This document shows, piece after piece, positions 25,760-35,896 of a DNA stretch of 64,000 nt; positions within the stretch are counted from its first letter, which is position 1; each line of letters starts with the position of its first letter. Location: NCBI GenBank assembly GCA_027459525.1, contig DAIDIC010000198.1, positions 45,785 to 109,784 of the forward strand. The letters are read 5' to 3'. The stretch is from Ktedonobacteria bacterium. GTDB taxonomy: Bacteria; Chloroflexota; Ktedonobacteria; Ktedonobacterales; JACDGC01. A program made the position numbers and the translations under genes. A model generated the notes under the pieces. It was not told the DNA's origin. It saw only the letters and a list, made by a program, of their open reading frames with translations, and did not search any database.

Positions 25760-27850
25760 TCAAGACATCGCGGCCAAGGGCTGCGGAGATAGCTGAACAA
25801 CACCAGCAGATTTAACATTGGGAAAAACAGACGCTTCTTCATACGAAAGCACAGCTTGGGTCGGCAAATGCCGTTCAAGCAATCGACGCAGCGCCATCCG
25901 AACCCGCATAGAAACCATAATAACCGGCTGGTGTCCTTCCATGGCAGATTTTTCAATGGCGGAAGCTATGCCTTCAAGAAGTCTTTGCATAAAAGATGAT
26001 TCAATGGTCAACATTGGTCCCTGATCGGTGCGTTCCACACTATGCGCCAGCGCAATTTCAGTGTCGTTTGGCAGTGTTATTACATACAAGCCTTTATCCG
26101 ATTCTTGATATTGCACACAAATAGCGCGCGCCAACGCATATCTGGCGCGCTCCGCCAAGATATCAACATCTTTATTAGTGCGCGCAGCGGCGCCAATAGC
26201 TTCTAAAATTGCCGGCAAGTCACGGATACAAACTCGTTCACGCAGCAAAAATTGTAAAACAGCTTGCACTTCACCCAAAGATAAAATAGCCGGAACAAGA
26301 TCATCTACCAACGCTGGATGTGAGGCTTTTACATGGTCCATCAACTGATGCGTATCTTGCTTAGTCAGCAGAGACCATGCGTTTACCTTAATTACCTCGG
26401 TGAGGTGAGTGGCAAGAACAGACGGCGCGTCAACAACGGTATATTTTGCCGCTTCGGCAATTTCTTTCATTGCGCTGCTAATCCAAATTGCAGGCAGGCC
26501 AAAAGTCGGCTCTACCGTTGGAATGCCGTCGATCTCCTCTTCTGCCAAGCCGGAATTCATCGCCAAATATTGCGACACAAACAATTTGCCTTCGGCTACA
26601 GCCACGCCGCGAATTTTTATCACATATGTATTGGGATCGAGCGACACATCATCATGAATGCGAATAGTTGGGGTAATAATGCCCAATTCCTGCGCAATTT
26701 GCCGGCGGATAAGCGACACGCGAGTAAGGAAGTTTGCGCCGGAATTTTTATCGACCAGCGAGATAAGACCATACCCAACTGCAAGTTCCATAGCGTCTAC
26801 ATCCAGCAGTTTCATTACAGATTCCGCAGAGTCATCGTTTTGCGCGCCGGCTTGCGCGGGAGCCGCCGCTTCAGCTGCAGCTTCTTTTTGCTTGTTGCGG
26901 TTTAAATAATATGCGCCGACAACACCCGAGGCGCCAATGCCCACAAATGGCAAAAATGGCATGCCGGGGATAAGACCTATTAGGCCAATAAGCGCAGCGG
27001 CGGTGCCCATGGCGCGTGGCTGAAAGCTAAGCTGATTAATAATATCTCTGCCAAGATTGCTGCTTTTATCGCTTTCCGCGCGGGTAACAACAATGCCGGT
27101 TGCGGTAGATATTAGCAACGCCGGAATTTGCGTAACCAAACCATCGCCGATAGTGAGCAGAGAATAGCGGTTAATCGCCGTCATAATATCTAAATTATTT
27201 TGCACAACACCAATGATGATACCGCCAATGATATTAATTAAGATGATGATGATTCCTGCAGTGGCGTCGCCTTTCACAAACTTGCTGGCGCCATCCATAG
27301 CTCCGTAAAAATCTGCTTCCTGCTGAATTTTACGGCGGCGCTGCTGCGCTGTTGTCTGATCGATGACACCGGCGTTCAAATCTGCGTCTATTGCCATCTG
27401 CTTGCCGGGCATTGCGTCTAACGTAAAGCGCGCCGCAACTTCGGCGACACGGCCCGCGCCATTCGTAATAACTACAAATTGAATGACAGTTAAGATAAGA
27501 AACACAACAATGCCAACAACGAAACTGCCACCAATAACAAATGAGCCGAATGCGTCAATAACCGGTCCGGCTTGAGCTTGCAGCAAAATCAACCGAGTCG
27601 AAGAGATATTCAACCCTAAGCGCATTAAAGTGGTAACCAGTAAAAGAGCAGGCAGCACCGAAAATTCCAGCGGCTCTTGGGTATATATTGCAACCAGTAA
27701 AATTGTGAGAGCCGCGCCAAGATTCAACACCTGCAATATGGCCAGCAGTTCAGGCGGTAAAGGCACAATCAGCAGAGCAATAACGCTGACGATTCCACCG
27801 GCCAGAAATACATCCGTATATTTCCCGAAGCGGGTTAAGAATGATGGCAT
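25760..27850 (-). CDS. flhA: Flagellar type III export apparatus protein FlhA
   Basis: Highly conserved FlhA strings (FYGAMDGASKFVKGDATAGIIIILINIIGG; LISTATGIVVTRA) and a cytoplasmic C-terminal domain. ATG 27850 follows AAGGAG. Confidence 0.95.
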   Translation of the reverse strand: MPSFLTRFGKYTDVFLAGGIVSVIALLIVPLPPELLAILQVLNLGAALTILLVAIYTQEPLEFSVLPALLLVTTLMRLGLNISSTRLILLQAQAGPVIDAFGSFVIGGSFVVGIVVFLILTVIQFVVITNGAGRVAEVAARFTLDAMPGKQMAIDADLNAGVIDQTTAQQRRRKIQQEADFYGAMDGASKFVKGDATAGIIIILINIIGGIIIGVVQNNLDIMTAINRYSLLTIGDGLVTQIPALLISTATGIVVTRAESDKSSNLGRDIINQLSFQPRAMGTAAALIGLIGLIPGMPFLPFVGIGASGVVGAYYLNRNKQKEAAAEAAAPAQAGAQNDDSAESVMKLLDVDAMELAVGYGLISLVDKNSGANFLTRVSLIRRQIAQELGIITPTIRIHDDVSLDPNTYVIKIRGVAVAEGKLFVSQYLAMNSGLAEEEIDGIPTVEPTFGLPAIWISSAMKEIAEAAKYTVVDAPSVLATHLTEVIKVNAWSLLTKQDTHQLMDHVKASHPALVDDLVPAILSLGEVQAVLQFLLRERVCIRDLPAILEAIGAAARTNKDVDILAERARYALARAICVQYQESDKGLYVITLPNDTEIALAHSVERTDQGPMLTIESSFMQRLLEGIASAIEKSAMEGHQPVIMVSMRVRMALRRLLERHLPTQAVLSYEEASVFPNVKSAGVVQLSPQPLAAMS

Positions 27851-28050
27851 GATCGTTACTCCTTTCAGGAACACAAACCCTGTGTAAGGGCAGCTGTTTT
27901 CAAAATTTTCTCTGTACTAGCAGTTTAGTAGCGAAGCGCCTTCAGACATAATGGATATCAATCCTTAAATGTTCGTCTGGCGGTCCATAGATTTCACGGC
28001 GATTTTACATTTCAGCGCCGCGCGGCTCGCAAAATAGCCTGACCAATAGT

Positions 28051-29112
28051 TCACCAGCGCCGCTTTATGCGGTAAATAAACGCTATAACTTCCGCGACGG
28101 CGCGATACAGTTGTATAGGAATTTCGCGATCTACCTCGGCAGACGCATAAAGAGAGCGCGCCAGCGGCGGATTTTCAATGATGGGGATGTTATATTTTCG
28201 GGCAGTTTCTTTAATCGTTTGCGCCATAAAGTCTTGCCCTTTGGCGGTTACAACCGGCGCGCGGGTTTTGCCCGATTGATAATACAACGCAACCGCAAAG
28301 TGGGTTGGGTTGGTAATAACCATGGTTGATTTTTTTACTTTATCCATCATACGTTTTTTGGCAAGAGCGCGCTGCATCCGGCGAATACGCGATTTTATTT
28401 GCGGGTTGCCTTCCAGTTCTTTTTGCTCATCACGCACTTCCTGTTTCGTCATTCGCATTTGACGGATATAGCGCCAGCGCTGAAAAGCATAATCGGCGGC
28501 AGCCAGCACACCACCAACAAGCGCAATAGAAAACAGCAGTGAATAGAGCGCGCCGCCCAGAATCTGCGGCGCAGTCGAAAGAATATCTTGTGGAGTTTGC
28601 CCAATTTGTGTTAACGTGCCCGAAATTGCTATATAAGCGGCAAACCCCAATATAGCAATGCGAACAAATTGCTTTAACATTTCAAATAGAGTTGTTAAAG
28701 AAAACATGCGCTTTAAACCGTTAGCAGGATTTATGCGATCCATCCTCGGAGTCAACAATTTAGGGGAAAACGCCAGCCCTGTTTGCCCCAACCCTGCCGC
28801 AACTGCAATAACAAACAACGTTAACCCTAACGGCGCAAATGCGCTGACCGCATAGCCGCCTTCAATAAACATAAGATGATATACATCTGTGACAGTAATA
28901 TCACCATTGCCAGCGTTTAATAGCCCCACCCCAATTAAATTCTGTAAATTCTGCCAACTATACGACGCGGATACCCGCAATATCATCACTGCCAACACCA
29001 GCGCAGCTGCGCCGGGCAGCTCTGCGCTGCGCGATACTTGGCCGCGCTTGCGGGCGTCGCGCAAACGCTTTGGGGTAGCCTGCTCTGTTCTTTCTTGACC
29101 GGATTCTTGCAT
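28051..29112 (-). CDS. flhB: Flagellar export switch protein FlhB
   Basis: N-terminus ERTEQATPKRLRDARKRGQV and the NPTH autocleavage site (VITNPTHFAVAL). Confidence 0.95.
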   Translation of the reverse strand: MQESGQERTEQATPKRLRDARKRGQVSRSAELPGAAALVLAVMILRVSASYSWQNLQNLIGVGLLNAGNGDITVTDVYHLMFIEGGYAVSAFAPLGLTLFVIAVAAGLGQTGLAFSPKLLTPRMDRINPANGLKRMFSLTTLFEMLKQFVRIAILGFAAYIAISGTLTQIGQTPQDILSTAPQILGGALYSLLFSIALVGGVLAAADYAFQRWRYIRQMRMTKQEVRDEQKELEGNPQIKSRIRRMQRALAKKRMMDKVKKSTMVITNPTHFAVALYYQSGKTRAPVVTAKGQDFMAQTIKETARKYNIPIIENPPLARSLYASAEVDREIPIQLYRAVAEVIAFIYRIKRRW

Positions 29113-29118
29113 AGCCCG

Positions 29119-29877
29119 TCACTTCCACAAAGAGATGAACGGCAATGTTTGCAATTGCTGCGCAATGGTTTCAATAACGTAGGGCAAGGAAATAAACAAT
29201 ACACCAATAGAAGCGGCAGCTTTCAGCGGCAAATTTAAGGCAAACATATTCAACGCAGGAATAGCGCGGTTAATCAGGCCAGTAATAAAATCTGCCAGCA
29301 GCAACGCCGCTAATAGTGGAAACGCCAACGCAAACCCATACTCCAATGCTGTAAGGCCAAGCGGTAAAAATGTATTGATAAGCTGCTGCGAAAACATCAT
29401 CTGTGTTATCGGCGCAATCATAAAACTTTTGCCCAAGGCCAGAAAAATCCAATGCTGACCATCTAATCCTAAAAATATCAATCCCGCAATAATGTTATAG
29501 ACTGCGCCGCTTATGGCAATCGTATCATTTGTGCCGGCCATTTGCACACCGGGTGTTGTTATCCCAATTTGCTGGCCAACCAACGAGCCAGCCATATCTC
29601 CGGCTCGATACACTACCGTAAAAACAAAGGCAAACGCCAGTCCTATCAGCAATTCTTGCGCAAACAATACAACCAATGACGCTGGATCTTGCGATATTAC
29701 TCCGGCGTTTTGCATTTGTTCTGGAGTAAATAAAAATGCGGTTACGGCGCTTAAACCAACTTTTATCGTAACAGGAACTTGCTGCTCAGAATAGATCGGC
29801 GCGGCAAAAAGCGCGCCAATAACTCTGGTAAAAATGAGAAAAAACACAATAAGAGCGCTGGCTGGCTGTCCTTGCAT
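29119..29877 (-). CDS. fliR: Flagellar export apparatus protein FliR
   Basis: A 252-aa polytopic protein positioned between fliQ and flhB, with N-terminus FFLIFTRVIGALFAAPIYS typical of FliR. Confidence 0.9.
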   Translation of the reverse strand: MQGQPASALIVFFLIFTRVIGALFAAPIYSEQQVPVTIKVGLSAVTAFLFTPEQMQNAGVISQDPASLVVLFAQELLIGLAFAFVFTVVYRAGDMAGSLVGQQIGITTPGVQMAGTNDTIAISGAVYNIIAGLIFLGLDGQHWIFLALGKSFMIAPITQMMFSQQLINTFLPLGLTALEYGFALAFPLLAALLLADFITGLINRAIPALNMFALNLPLKAAASIGVLFISLPYVIETIAQQLQTLPFISLWK

Positions 29878-29907
29878 GAAATAACATCCTTTTACCGATT
29901 TACCTAT

Positions 29908-30177
29908 TTAATGAATATAATTGGGCAAATTTGAATATAAATTTGCCACAAAGTCTAACAGCGTTTGCAGCGCCCATGGCCCAACTAAAATGAGAGCCAG
30001 CGCAACTGCAACAATTTTTGGCACAAAATTAACCGCCTGTTCATTTACCTGAGTAACAGCTTGCAGCAAGCTGATTACCAAGCCAACTACTAAAGCGGTT
30101 AATAAAACTGGCGCGCTCAGTTCCAACGCGAGAAATAATGCGTTTTGCATGAGAGTTAATACGGTAGACTGTGACAT
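29908..30177 (-). CDS. fliQ: Flagellar export apparatus protein FliQ
   Basis: An 89-aa two-TM protein: MSQSTVLTLMQNALFLALELSAPVLLTALVVGLVISLLQAVTQVNEQAVNFVPK. ATG 30177; the ORF-track N-terminal extension to 30255 is unlikely. Confidence 0.9.
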   Translation of the reverse strand: MSQSTVLTLMQNALFLALELSAPVLLTALVVGLVISLLQAVTQVNEQAVNFVPKIVAVALALILVGPWALQTLLDFVANLYSNLPNYIH

Positions 30178-30277
30178 TCCGCCAACCTCTTCTTTTTGGA
30201 GATTCTGGTATGAGTATATGCGCGCTATCGCAAAATCTTGAGGGGCAGAAGTCACTTAATTTGCCCGATTACCGGGT

Positions 30278-31276
30278 CTATTTTTTTAACTGAACGCTCT
30301 GTAAGGTCTGGCGAATAGCCAAACGATGAGGCGTAGGTGTAAAAGCGCCAAAAGCTTGCGTAAATTTTGTTGTGTCTACAAGATAGGGGCGATCAAATTC
30401 ATATCGCATTTCATATATTTCCCGCACAATGGGATCAAAAATACCGGCAGCCAGCAGCATCCACGGCGCTATTACCTGAATTTTTACAGAATCACCGCGG
30501 AGTTGTGCGCCGGTTTGCGCAGTATATTCTTCTTGTAATATAGTAAGAAACTGCCGGCCGGTTATTGCTTGCGGAGATGGTATATGCCAAATTTCCCCCA
30601 GCGCTTTTTCTTGCTGCGCCAGTGTAAGCAGTCCTTCGGCAAAATCATCCACGTATATAATGGCGTGAGGTTGATCGGCAGAAACCATCCAGGGCAGAGC
30701 TTTATGATTGCGCAGCGCGTTAATAGTGCGTGTATTGACAATTAAAGAATTAAAGGCGTTAGGCCCGTAATAATCGGGCGCGCAGCCAATGACGGCGCGA
30801 ATACTGCCTTTTTTATGCTCCGCCAATATTTTTTCGCTGAGCTGGGCGCGTATGGCTCCTTTGCGTGTTATAGGCGCATACGGCAAAGCTTCCGTAATTG
30901 ATCCGGCTAATGGCGGATACATATACAAGTTATCAGCTATAATCAGCTGAGCGTTTGCGCGCGCAGCCGCCGCAATAACATTTTCCAGCATGGCTGGCAG
31001 CAGTTCTGCCCATTGGTGATATGGAGCGTTTGCGCAATAATAGATACGCTGAGCGCCATGGCAGGCAGCGATAAGTTCATCTCTATGCAAAACATCCGCC
31101 GGATAGAATTCTGTTTTTCCGTCTTGGCTTATTTCTTGGCGGCAATGGCGGCTTATGGCGCGCGCCGGTATATTTTTAGCTGCAAGCGCCCTAACAACAG
31201 CCGCTCCAATACCGCTGCCGCCGCCAATGACAATTGTTTGCGCAAATGACTGCGAATCCGGTTGCATATATGACAT
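30278..31276 (-). CDS. NAD(P)-binding Rossmann-fold protein (atypical SDR / NAD-dependent epimerase-dehydratase family)
   Basis: N-terminal TIVIGGGSGIGAAVVRAL glycine-rich loop, a ~330-aa length, and an extended-SDR-like layout. Confidence 0.65.
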   Translation of the reverse strand: MSYMQPDSQSFAQTIVIGGGSGIGAAVVRALAAKNIPARAISRHCRQEISQDGKTEFYPADVLHRDELIAACHGAQRIYYCANAPYHQWAELLPAMLENVIAAAARANAQLIIADNLYMYPPLAGSITEALPYAPITRKGAIRAQLSEKILAEHKKGSIRAVIGCAPDYYGPNAFNSLIVNTRTINALRNHKALPWMVSADQPHAIIYVDDFAEGLLTLAQQEKALGEIWHIPSPQAITGRQFLTILQEEYTAQTGAQLRGDSVKIQVIAPWMLLAAGIFDPIVREIYEMRYEFDRPYLVDTTKFTQAFGAFTPTPHRLAIRQTLQSVQLKK

Positions 31277-31395
31277 ACCTCTTTCATGGTAATCAATGTT
31301 TATAATATAAACATTGATATAAATATAAACACTGTTTACATTTTAGGGTATAAAAGAGATATTTGTCAAGACGCGCATGTATAAAATATATTGAT

Positions 31396-33666
31396 TTACG
31401 CCGCCAATGATATCGGTAAAATCAGGCGCACCTCGCTGCCGCCGCCAACTTGGCTTTCAATTTGCAATGAACCGCCATATTCTGCGGCGCGATCTCGCAT
31501 TCCCCGCAAACCAAAATGGCCGCTGGCTGTAAGCTCTGCTTCGGGAGAAAAACCATGGCCATCATCTTTTACAATAACTTGCAGTGTATTCTTTTCATGA
31601 GTAACCGTAATCAACACACTATGCGCCATAGCGTGTTTGCGCACATTCGCCAAGGCTTCTTGAATGACTCGGAAAATTGGCGCGCGCAGTTCATGGGGAA
31701 TATCATCTTCAGAACAGCTGGCAAAGGAAATCTGCAAATCGGGGATGTTAGTTGAATAATCATCCAATAGCGCCTGTATAGCGCCGATAAAGCCCAATTC
31801 CACTAATTGCGTTGGGGCCAGCGCAGAAATGCTGTGACGCAAATCATTCAAACTCATGGCCAGCACTTGGCGCGCTCCTTCGGCCTCTGCTTTTGCCCGT
31901 TCGGCGTCTTCATCTATCAGCCGCTGCACTAATTCCAGACGCAGCATTAAATGCGCCAAATTCTGCGCCACACCATCGTGAATTTCTCGGGCAATTCTGC
32001 GGCGCTCATGGTCCACCGCTGACTCCCCTGCCTGAATGGTTAACTGTGCATTGTGCAGCAAAAGCGCCGCCGCGTTTACCATAGATGTAAGCAACAGCAA
32101 TCGATCTCCTGAAAGTGGCGAGCCATCTTGAGGACGCAGCGCCACCCAGCCAAATATATTATTCTGCGCAAACAATGGGGCCAGCGCAAAACCTCGCCGC
32201 TGAATTATTTCATTATTAGCAGATTGCGCAAGTTCTGCAGCGGTTTTCACCCATGTTCCTGAATCATCGCTGCTGGCGGCGACCGGTTTAAATGCAGTGT
32301 CAATCTCACTGCGCAACAGTAAAGCAACTTTTGCCGGGGCAAAAACTTGCGCAATTTCAAGAACAATAGCTTTACGCAACTGCTCCATATGCGGGCGTGT
32401 GGTGGGTAAAGAACTGATAGATCGCAGAGCGCCTAAATCGCGCATGCGCAGCAAAACATTTTCAATGCCCAATGCAACCTGCTGGCAAACATTTGTAATA
32501 AACATCGTTTCATTTTGCGCCAACGGAGCGTGAATATGCGCGCTATCCTCTGTTTGCAGCATCAAAGCGGGTATATCCGTGCGCAATCGATGCGATTCAT
32601 CCCACACACTTGTGTTATAGCGAATAACATGCGGATCATCTTCTGTAATAATATCTATGGAGTTTTCCCAAGCAATAACCGCAATACAAGAGCTGCGCAA
32701 AATAACCGGAGCCAAAACCAACCGAGAACCGGCAGGACTTACATCACAGCGAATTGCCACCACCATTGCGTTATGATTTTCCTGCATCTCCTGCGCAAAC
32801 GCGCTTAATTGCGCCATAGATTGCCGAGAAAGCTGCCCGCTGATAAAAACATTATTTTTTTGCCGGCCATTTTTCTTAGCGTCGGCAATATAAATAATTC
32901 CACACCCTGTTGCGTCCAGCGCTTCGCGCAGAGATCCTGCGGATTTAGTAATAAAAGACGCAACACTGTCGCTGATATTTGAAGTGCGCGTCAATTCATA
33001 TAAAGTTGTTTGCTCTCTAGCCATATTACTTATTCCGGCAAACAAAACTGCGTTGCTCAGCGCATGAGCGGCGATACTGCTGATAAGACTGGTAAACTGA
33101 ATTTCATCGTTTGTAAAGGCGTCTATCCTGCGGCGCACTATACACGCTACATACCCCGGGCCGCGCTGCGGATCGATTGGCGAAGCCAGCAATGAACGCG
33201 GATGATCATTGTTGGTGGTTAAATATTGCGAATGCCGCGATGTATCGGGGGCGTAAATTACGCGGTGCTGCTGCGCCGCCATTGCCACCAGACCTTCATC
33301 GGGACCAAACAGTATTTTGGCGCGGGTAATATCAATATTGCACTGCGCAACCATCCGCAAAAATCCGGTCTCTTCTATAATAAACAAACTGACCGTGTCA
33401 GCGTTTAGCGCCTCAGATAATCCCTCAACAATAGATTGGCAGAGATCATCATGTTCCAAAGTAACCGATAAACTTTGGCTTAACGTAAACAATGCGTTTG
33501 CTTGGTGTTCCTGCTGCTCTGCTCTGGCGACAGCCTGCGCATAATCTGCCTGCAGCAGCTGCCGTTCACTAATTGATTCTTCGTATTGCGCGCGGGTTGC
33601 GTTTTGCTGGTGGCTGCGTCGCAAATATTCTTTGCGTTTATCATCTCGATGTAAGTCATTAATCAT
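31396..33666 (-). CDS. Cytoplasmic multi-GAF sensor histidine kinase (HisKA_3 / NarL-partner type)
   Basis: C-terminal H-box RRRIAREIHDGVAQNLAHL and an ATPase domain (IFRVIQEALANVRKHA...DDGHGF...GHFGLRGMRDRA). At least three GAF-like modules lie upstream. No TM segment and no adjacent response regulator. Confidence 0.8.
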   Translation of the reverse strand: MINDLHRDDKRKEYLRRSHQQNATRAQYEESISERQLLQADYAQAVARAEQQEHQANALFTLSQSLSVTLEHDDLCQSIVEGLSEALNADTVSLFIIEETGFLRMVAQCNIDITRAKILFGPDEGLVAMAAQQHRVIYAPDTSRHSQYLTTNNDHPRSLLASPIDPQRGPGYVACIVRRRIDAFTNDEIQFTSLISSIAAHALSNAVLFAGISNMAREQTTLYELTRTSNISDSVASFITKSAGSLREALDATGCGIIYIADAKKNGRQKNNVFISGQLSRQSMAQLSAFAQEMQENHNAMVVAIRCDVSPAGSRLVLAPVILRSSCIAVIAWENSIDIITEDDPHVIRYNTSVWDESHRLRTDIPALMLQTEDSAHIHAPLAQNETMFITNVCQQVALGIENVLLRMRDLGALRSISSLPTTRPHMEQLRKAIVLEIAQVFAPAKVALLLRSEIDTAFKPVAASSDDSGTWVKTAAELAQSANNEIIQRRGFALAPLFAQNNIFGWVALRPQDGSPLSGDRLLLLTSMVNAAALLLHNAQLTIQAGESAVDHERRRIAREIHDGVAQNLAHLMLRLELVQRLIDEDAERAKAEAEGARQVLAMSLNDLRHSISALAPTQLVELGFIGAIQALLDDYSTNIPDLQISFASCSEDDIPHELRAPIFRVIQEALANVRKHAMAHSVLITVTHEKNTLQVIVKDDGHGFSPEAELTASGHFGLRGMRDRAAEYGGSLQIESQVGGGSEVRLILPISLAA

Positions 33667-33829
33667 ACTATGATTCCTTTTCTTTATCCGCTATCCATTG
33701 GCTTTTAAAAATTCAGTCATTTTATTTTTACAATACAGGCAAACGCCAAATCACATAGGATCTTTTTCGGATGTTTCTCAAAAAATCTGAAGAAAAATAA
33801 CTAATTGTCGATACATATGTCAAAGGGGT

Positions 33830-35689
33830 GTGCATGCGTATATGTCTGATTTTTTACCAAATAACTATTCCATCGATCCAAAAGATATTAAGTTTGGTTT
33901 CTGGTTTCTTATTGATACACAAGGCGTTATTTTATGGGATAATATTGCAGGAAATACTGAAAGCGCATTAATGGGACAAAATATCTGCGAATTCCTGACG
34001 CTGCCACAAAGTTTATTTTCTGAATATGGAACTATTGATATCACCTCAATTGAAAAACATTGTGAGCAGATGGCGCTAAAAATAAATGAAGACACAATAT
34101 TGTTAGTTGAAACCAACGGAGCCAAAACAAATAATCCACATATTTTTCTATTGTTTTGCAAAGATATTACGCAACAAAGCGCGGCGTTGGATGACATGAC
34201 GCATTCGATGTTTGAAACTGAAGAATTATCTAAACAGTTTGAATTGGCGCTGGATTCGGTGCAAGATGGCCTAGCCATTTATAATGAATATGGCAAAGAA
34301 ATATTTCGCAACACCGCCAATAAACGCATACTTGGAACAACAGAAAGATTTGAGTTATTTGCAAATTTACCTTCAGATAATTTGCCATTTACACTTTACG
34401 CATTAGATAACACTAAGATAGCCCCCGTTAATTTTCCAATATCACGTGTTTTACGTGGTGAAGAACCGGATCCACCGACAGATTATATTATTGAACGCGC
34501 AGATGGCGAGCGATGCAACGTATTGATGTACGCAATGTCTATTTATAATTCCGTAAAAGACTTCGCCGGCGGCATCAATATTATAAGAGATATAACTTCT
34601 GAATATAGAGAACGTCAATATAATGAAATACTTATGGAGCTTGCGAGGGCTTGCGCAGAGATGCTCAATGAACAAGAAATTGCGCAAAAAGCAATGCAGG
34701 TGTTAACAAAAGGACTACAACTGCCAAACTACTCCATAAATGTTACCGATCCATTCGATCCATTTCTTATGCATAATCTTGCAGTTTATTTTGATAATGG
34801 TTTATCACAGGATGAAATGGAGTATATCCGCCAAACCATTGAAACTATCAAATTATCTGATATCAAATATACATTAACCGGAGAAACTATCACCACCGGT
34901 AAAGCGCGCTTTAATATTGACGCGCAACCCATCTATGTAAACGGCGCACTAACGAAACAGATTGTGCCATTTTATTCAGCTGCCACACTGCCTTTAAAAT
35001 ATCATGATACTATATTCGGCTCAATAACCATCGGCAATAACAAACCAAATAGTTTTTATTGGGATATCGGCCGGCAATCACTCATTAGCGCAATGAGTGA
35101 GGAAATTGCGCTGGCGCTGCACCGCGCGCGTTTATACGAACAATCGCAGCAGTTGGCTTTTACAGATCCGCTTACCGGACTTGCCAACCATAGATCTTTG
35201 CAGGAAAATTTAAAAAAAATTCTGGAAGAAGCCAAAAAAACTGGCGGAATGGTTTCAGTTATTATGTTGGATATCGATCATTTTCGTCAATTTAATGAAA
35301 AATTTGGCCACGATATCGGAGACTTGGCGTTGAAAACCGTCGCTAACGCAATCCACCAATCCGTTCGATCTATCGACCATTGCTCTAGATATGGCGGCGA
35401 GGAATTTACTGTTATTCTGCCTAAAACTCCCTATGATATTGCCCAGCTTGTCGCAGAACGAGTCCGGCAAGCTATTGCGGCGGCAACGTTACAAATAGGC
35501 GCTGAAGAAATGCATATCACAGCTTCTTTAGGATATGCTTCTTTCCCACAACAGGCAAAAAAACAAGAGGAACTGCTAAAACTCGCAGATCTTGCGCTGT
35601 ATGAATCGAAACACAACGGAAGAAACAGAGTAACTGGGTACACCCCAGAAATTGACGCCGCCGAATCTATCAATCGCAATGCAGCGTAA
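33830..35689 (+). CDS. PAS-PAS-GAF-GGDEF diguanylate cyclase (intact active site and I-site)
   Basis: RSIDHCSRYGGEEFTVILP contains GGEEF with RxxD five residues upstream. The domain entry is LAFTDPLTGLANHRSL. PAS-like and GAF-like regions lie upstream. ATG 33842 is an alternative start. Confidence 0.85.
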   Translation: MHAYMSDFLPNNYSIDPKDIKFGFWFLIDTQGVILWDNIAGNTESALMGQNICEFLTLPQSLFSEYGTIDITSIEKHCEQMALKINEDTILLVETNGAKTNNPHIFLLFCKDITQQSAALDDMTHSMFETEELSKQFELALDSVQDGLAIYNEYGKEIFRNTANKRILGTTERFELFANLPSDNLPFTLYALDNTKIAPVNFPISRVLRGEEPDPPTDYIIERADGERCNVLMYAMSIYNSVKDFAGGINIIRDITSEYRERQYNEILMELARACAEMLNEQEIAQKAMQVLTKGLQLPNYSINVTDPFDPFLMHNLAVYFDNGLSQDEMEYIRQTIETIKLSDIKYTLTGETITTGKARFNIDAQPIYVNGALTKQIVPFYSAATLPLKYHDTIFGSITIGNNKPNSFYWDIGRQSLISAMSEEIALALHRARLYEQSQQLAFTDPLTGLANHRSLQENLKKILEEAKKTGGMVSVIMLDIDHFRQFNEKFGHDIGDLALKTVANAIHQSVRSIDHCSRYGGEEFTVILPKTPYDIAQLVAERVRQAIAAATLQIGAEEMHITASLGYASFPQQAKKQEELLKLADLALYESKHNGRNRVTGYTPEIDAAESINRNAA

Positions 35690-35896
35690 TAGGGCTTTTG
35701 CAGCCCTTCTGTATTCAGGTTTTATCTCATTTTCATCACTAACGCACACGAGATTATGCAAGTATCACATTTTTGTGCTTTTGTTGTATAATCTCTATTG
35801 ATGATGCGAAACAAAGAGGTTCCGCAGAAGACGCTGTTGTAACCTGCGCCTTTTGCGCTTTCTCCCTCTTGTTCGTGATATTTGTGGAGGTTATCA

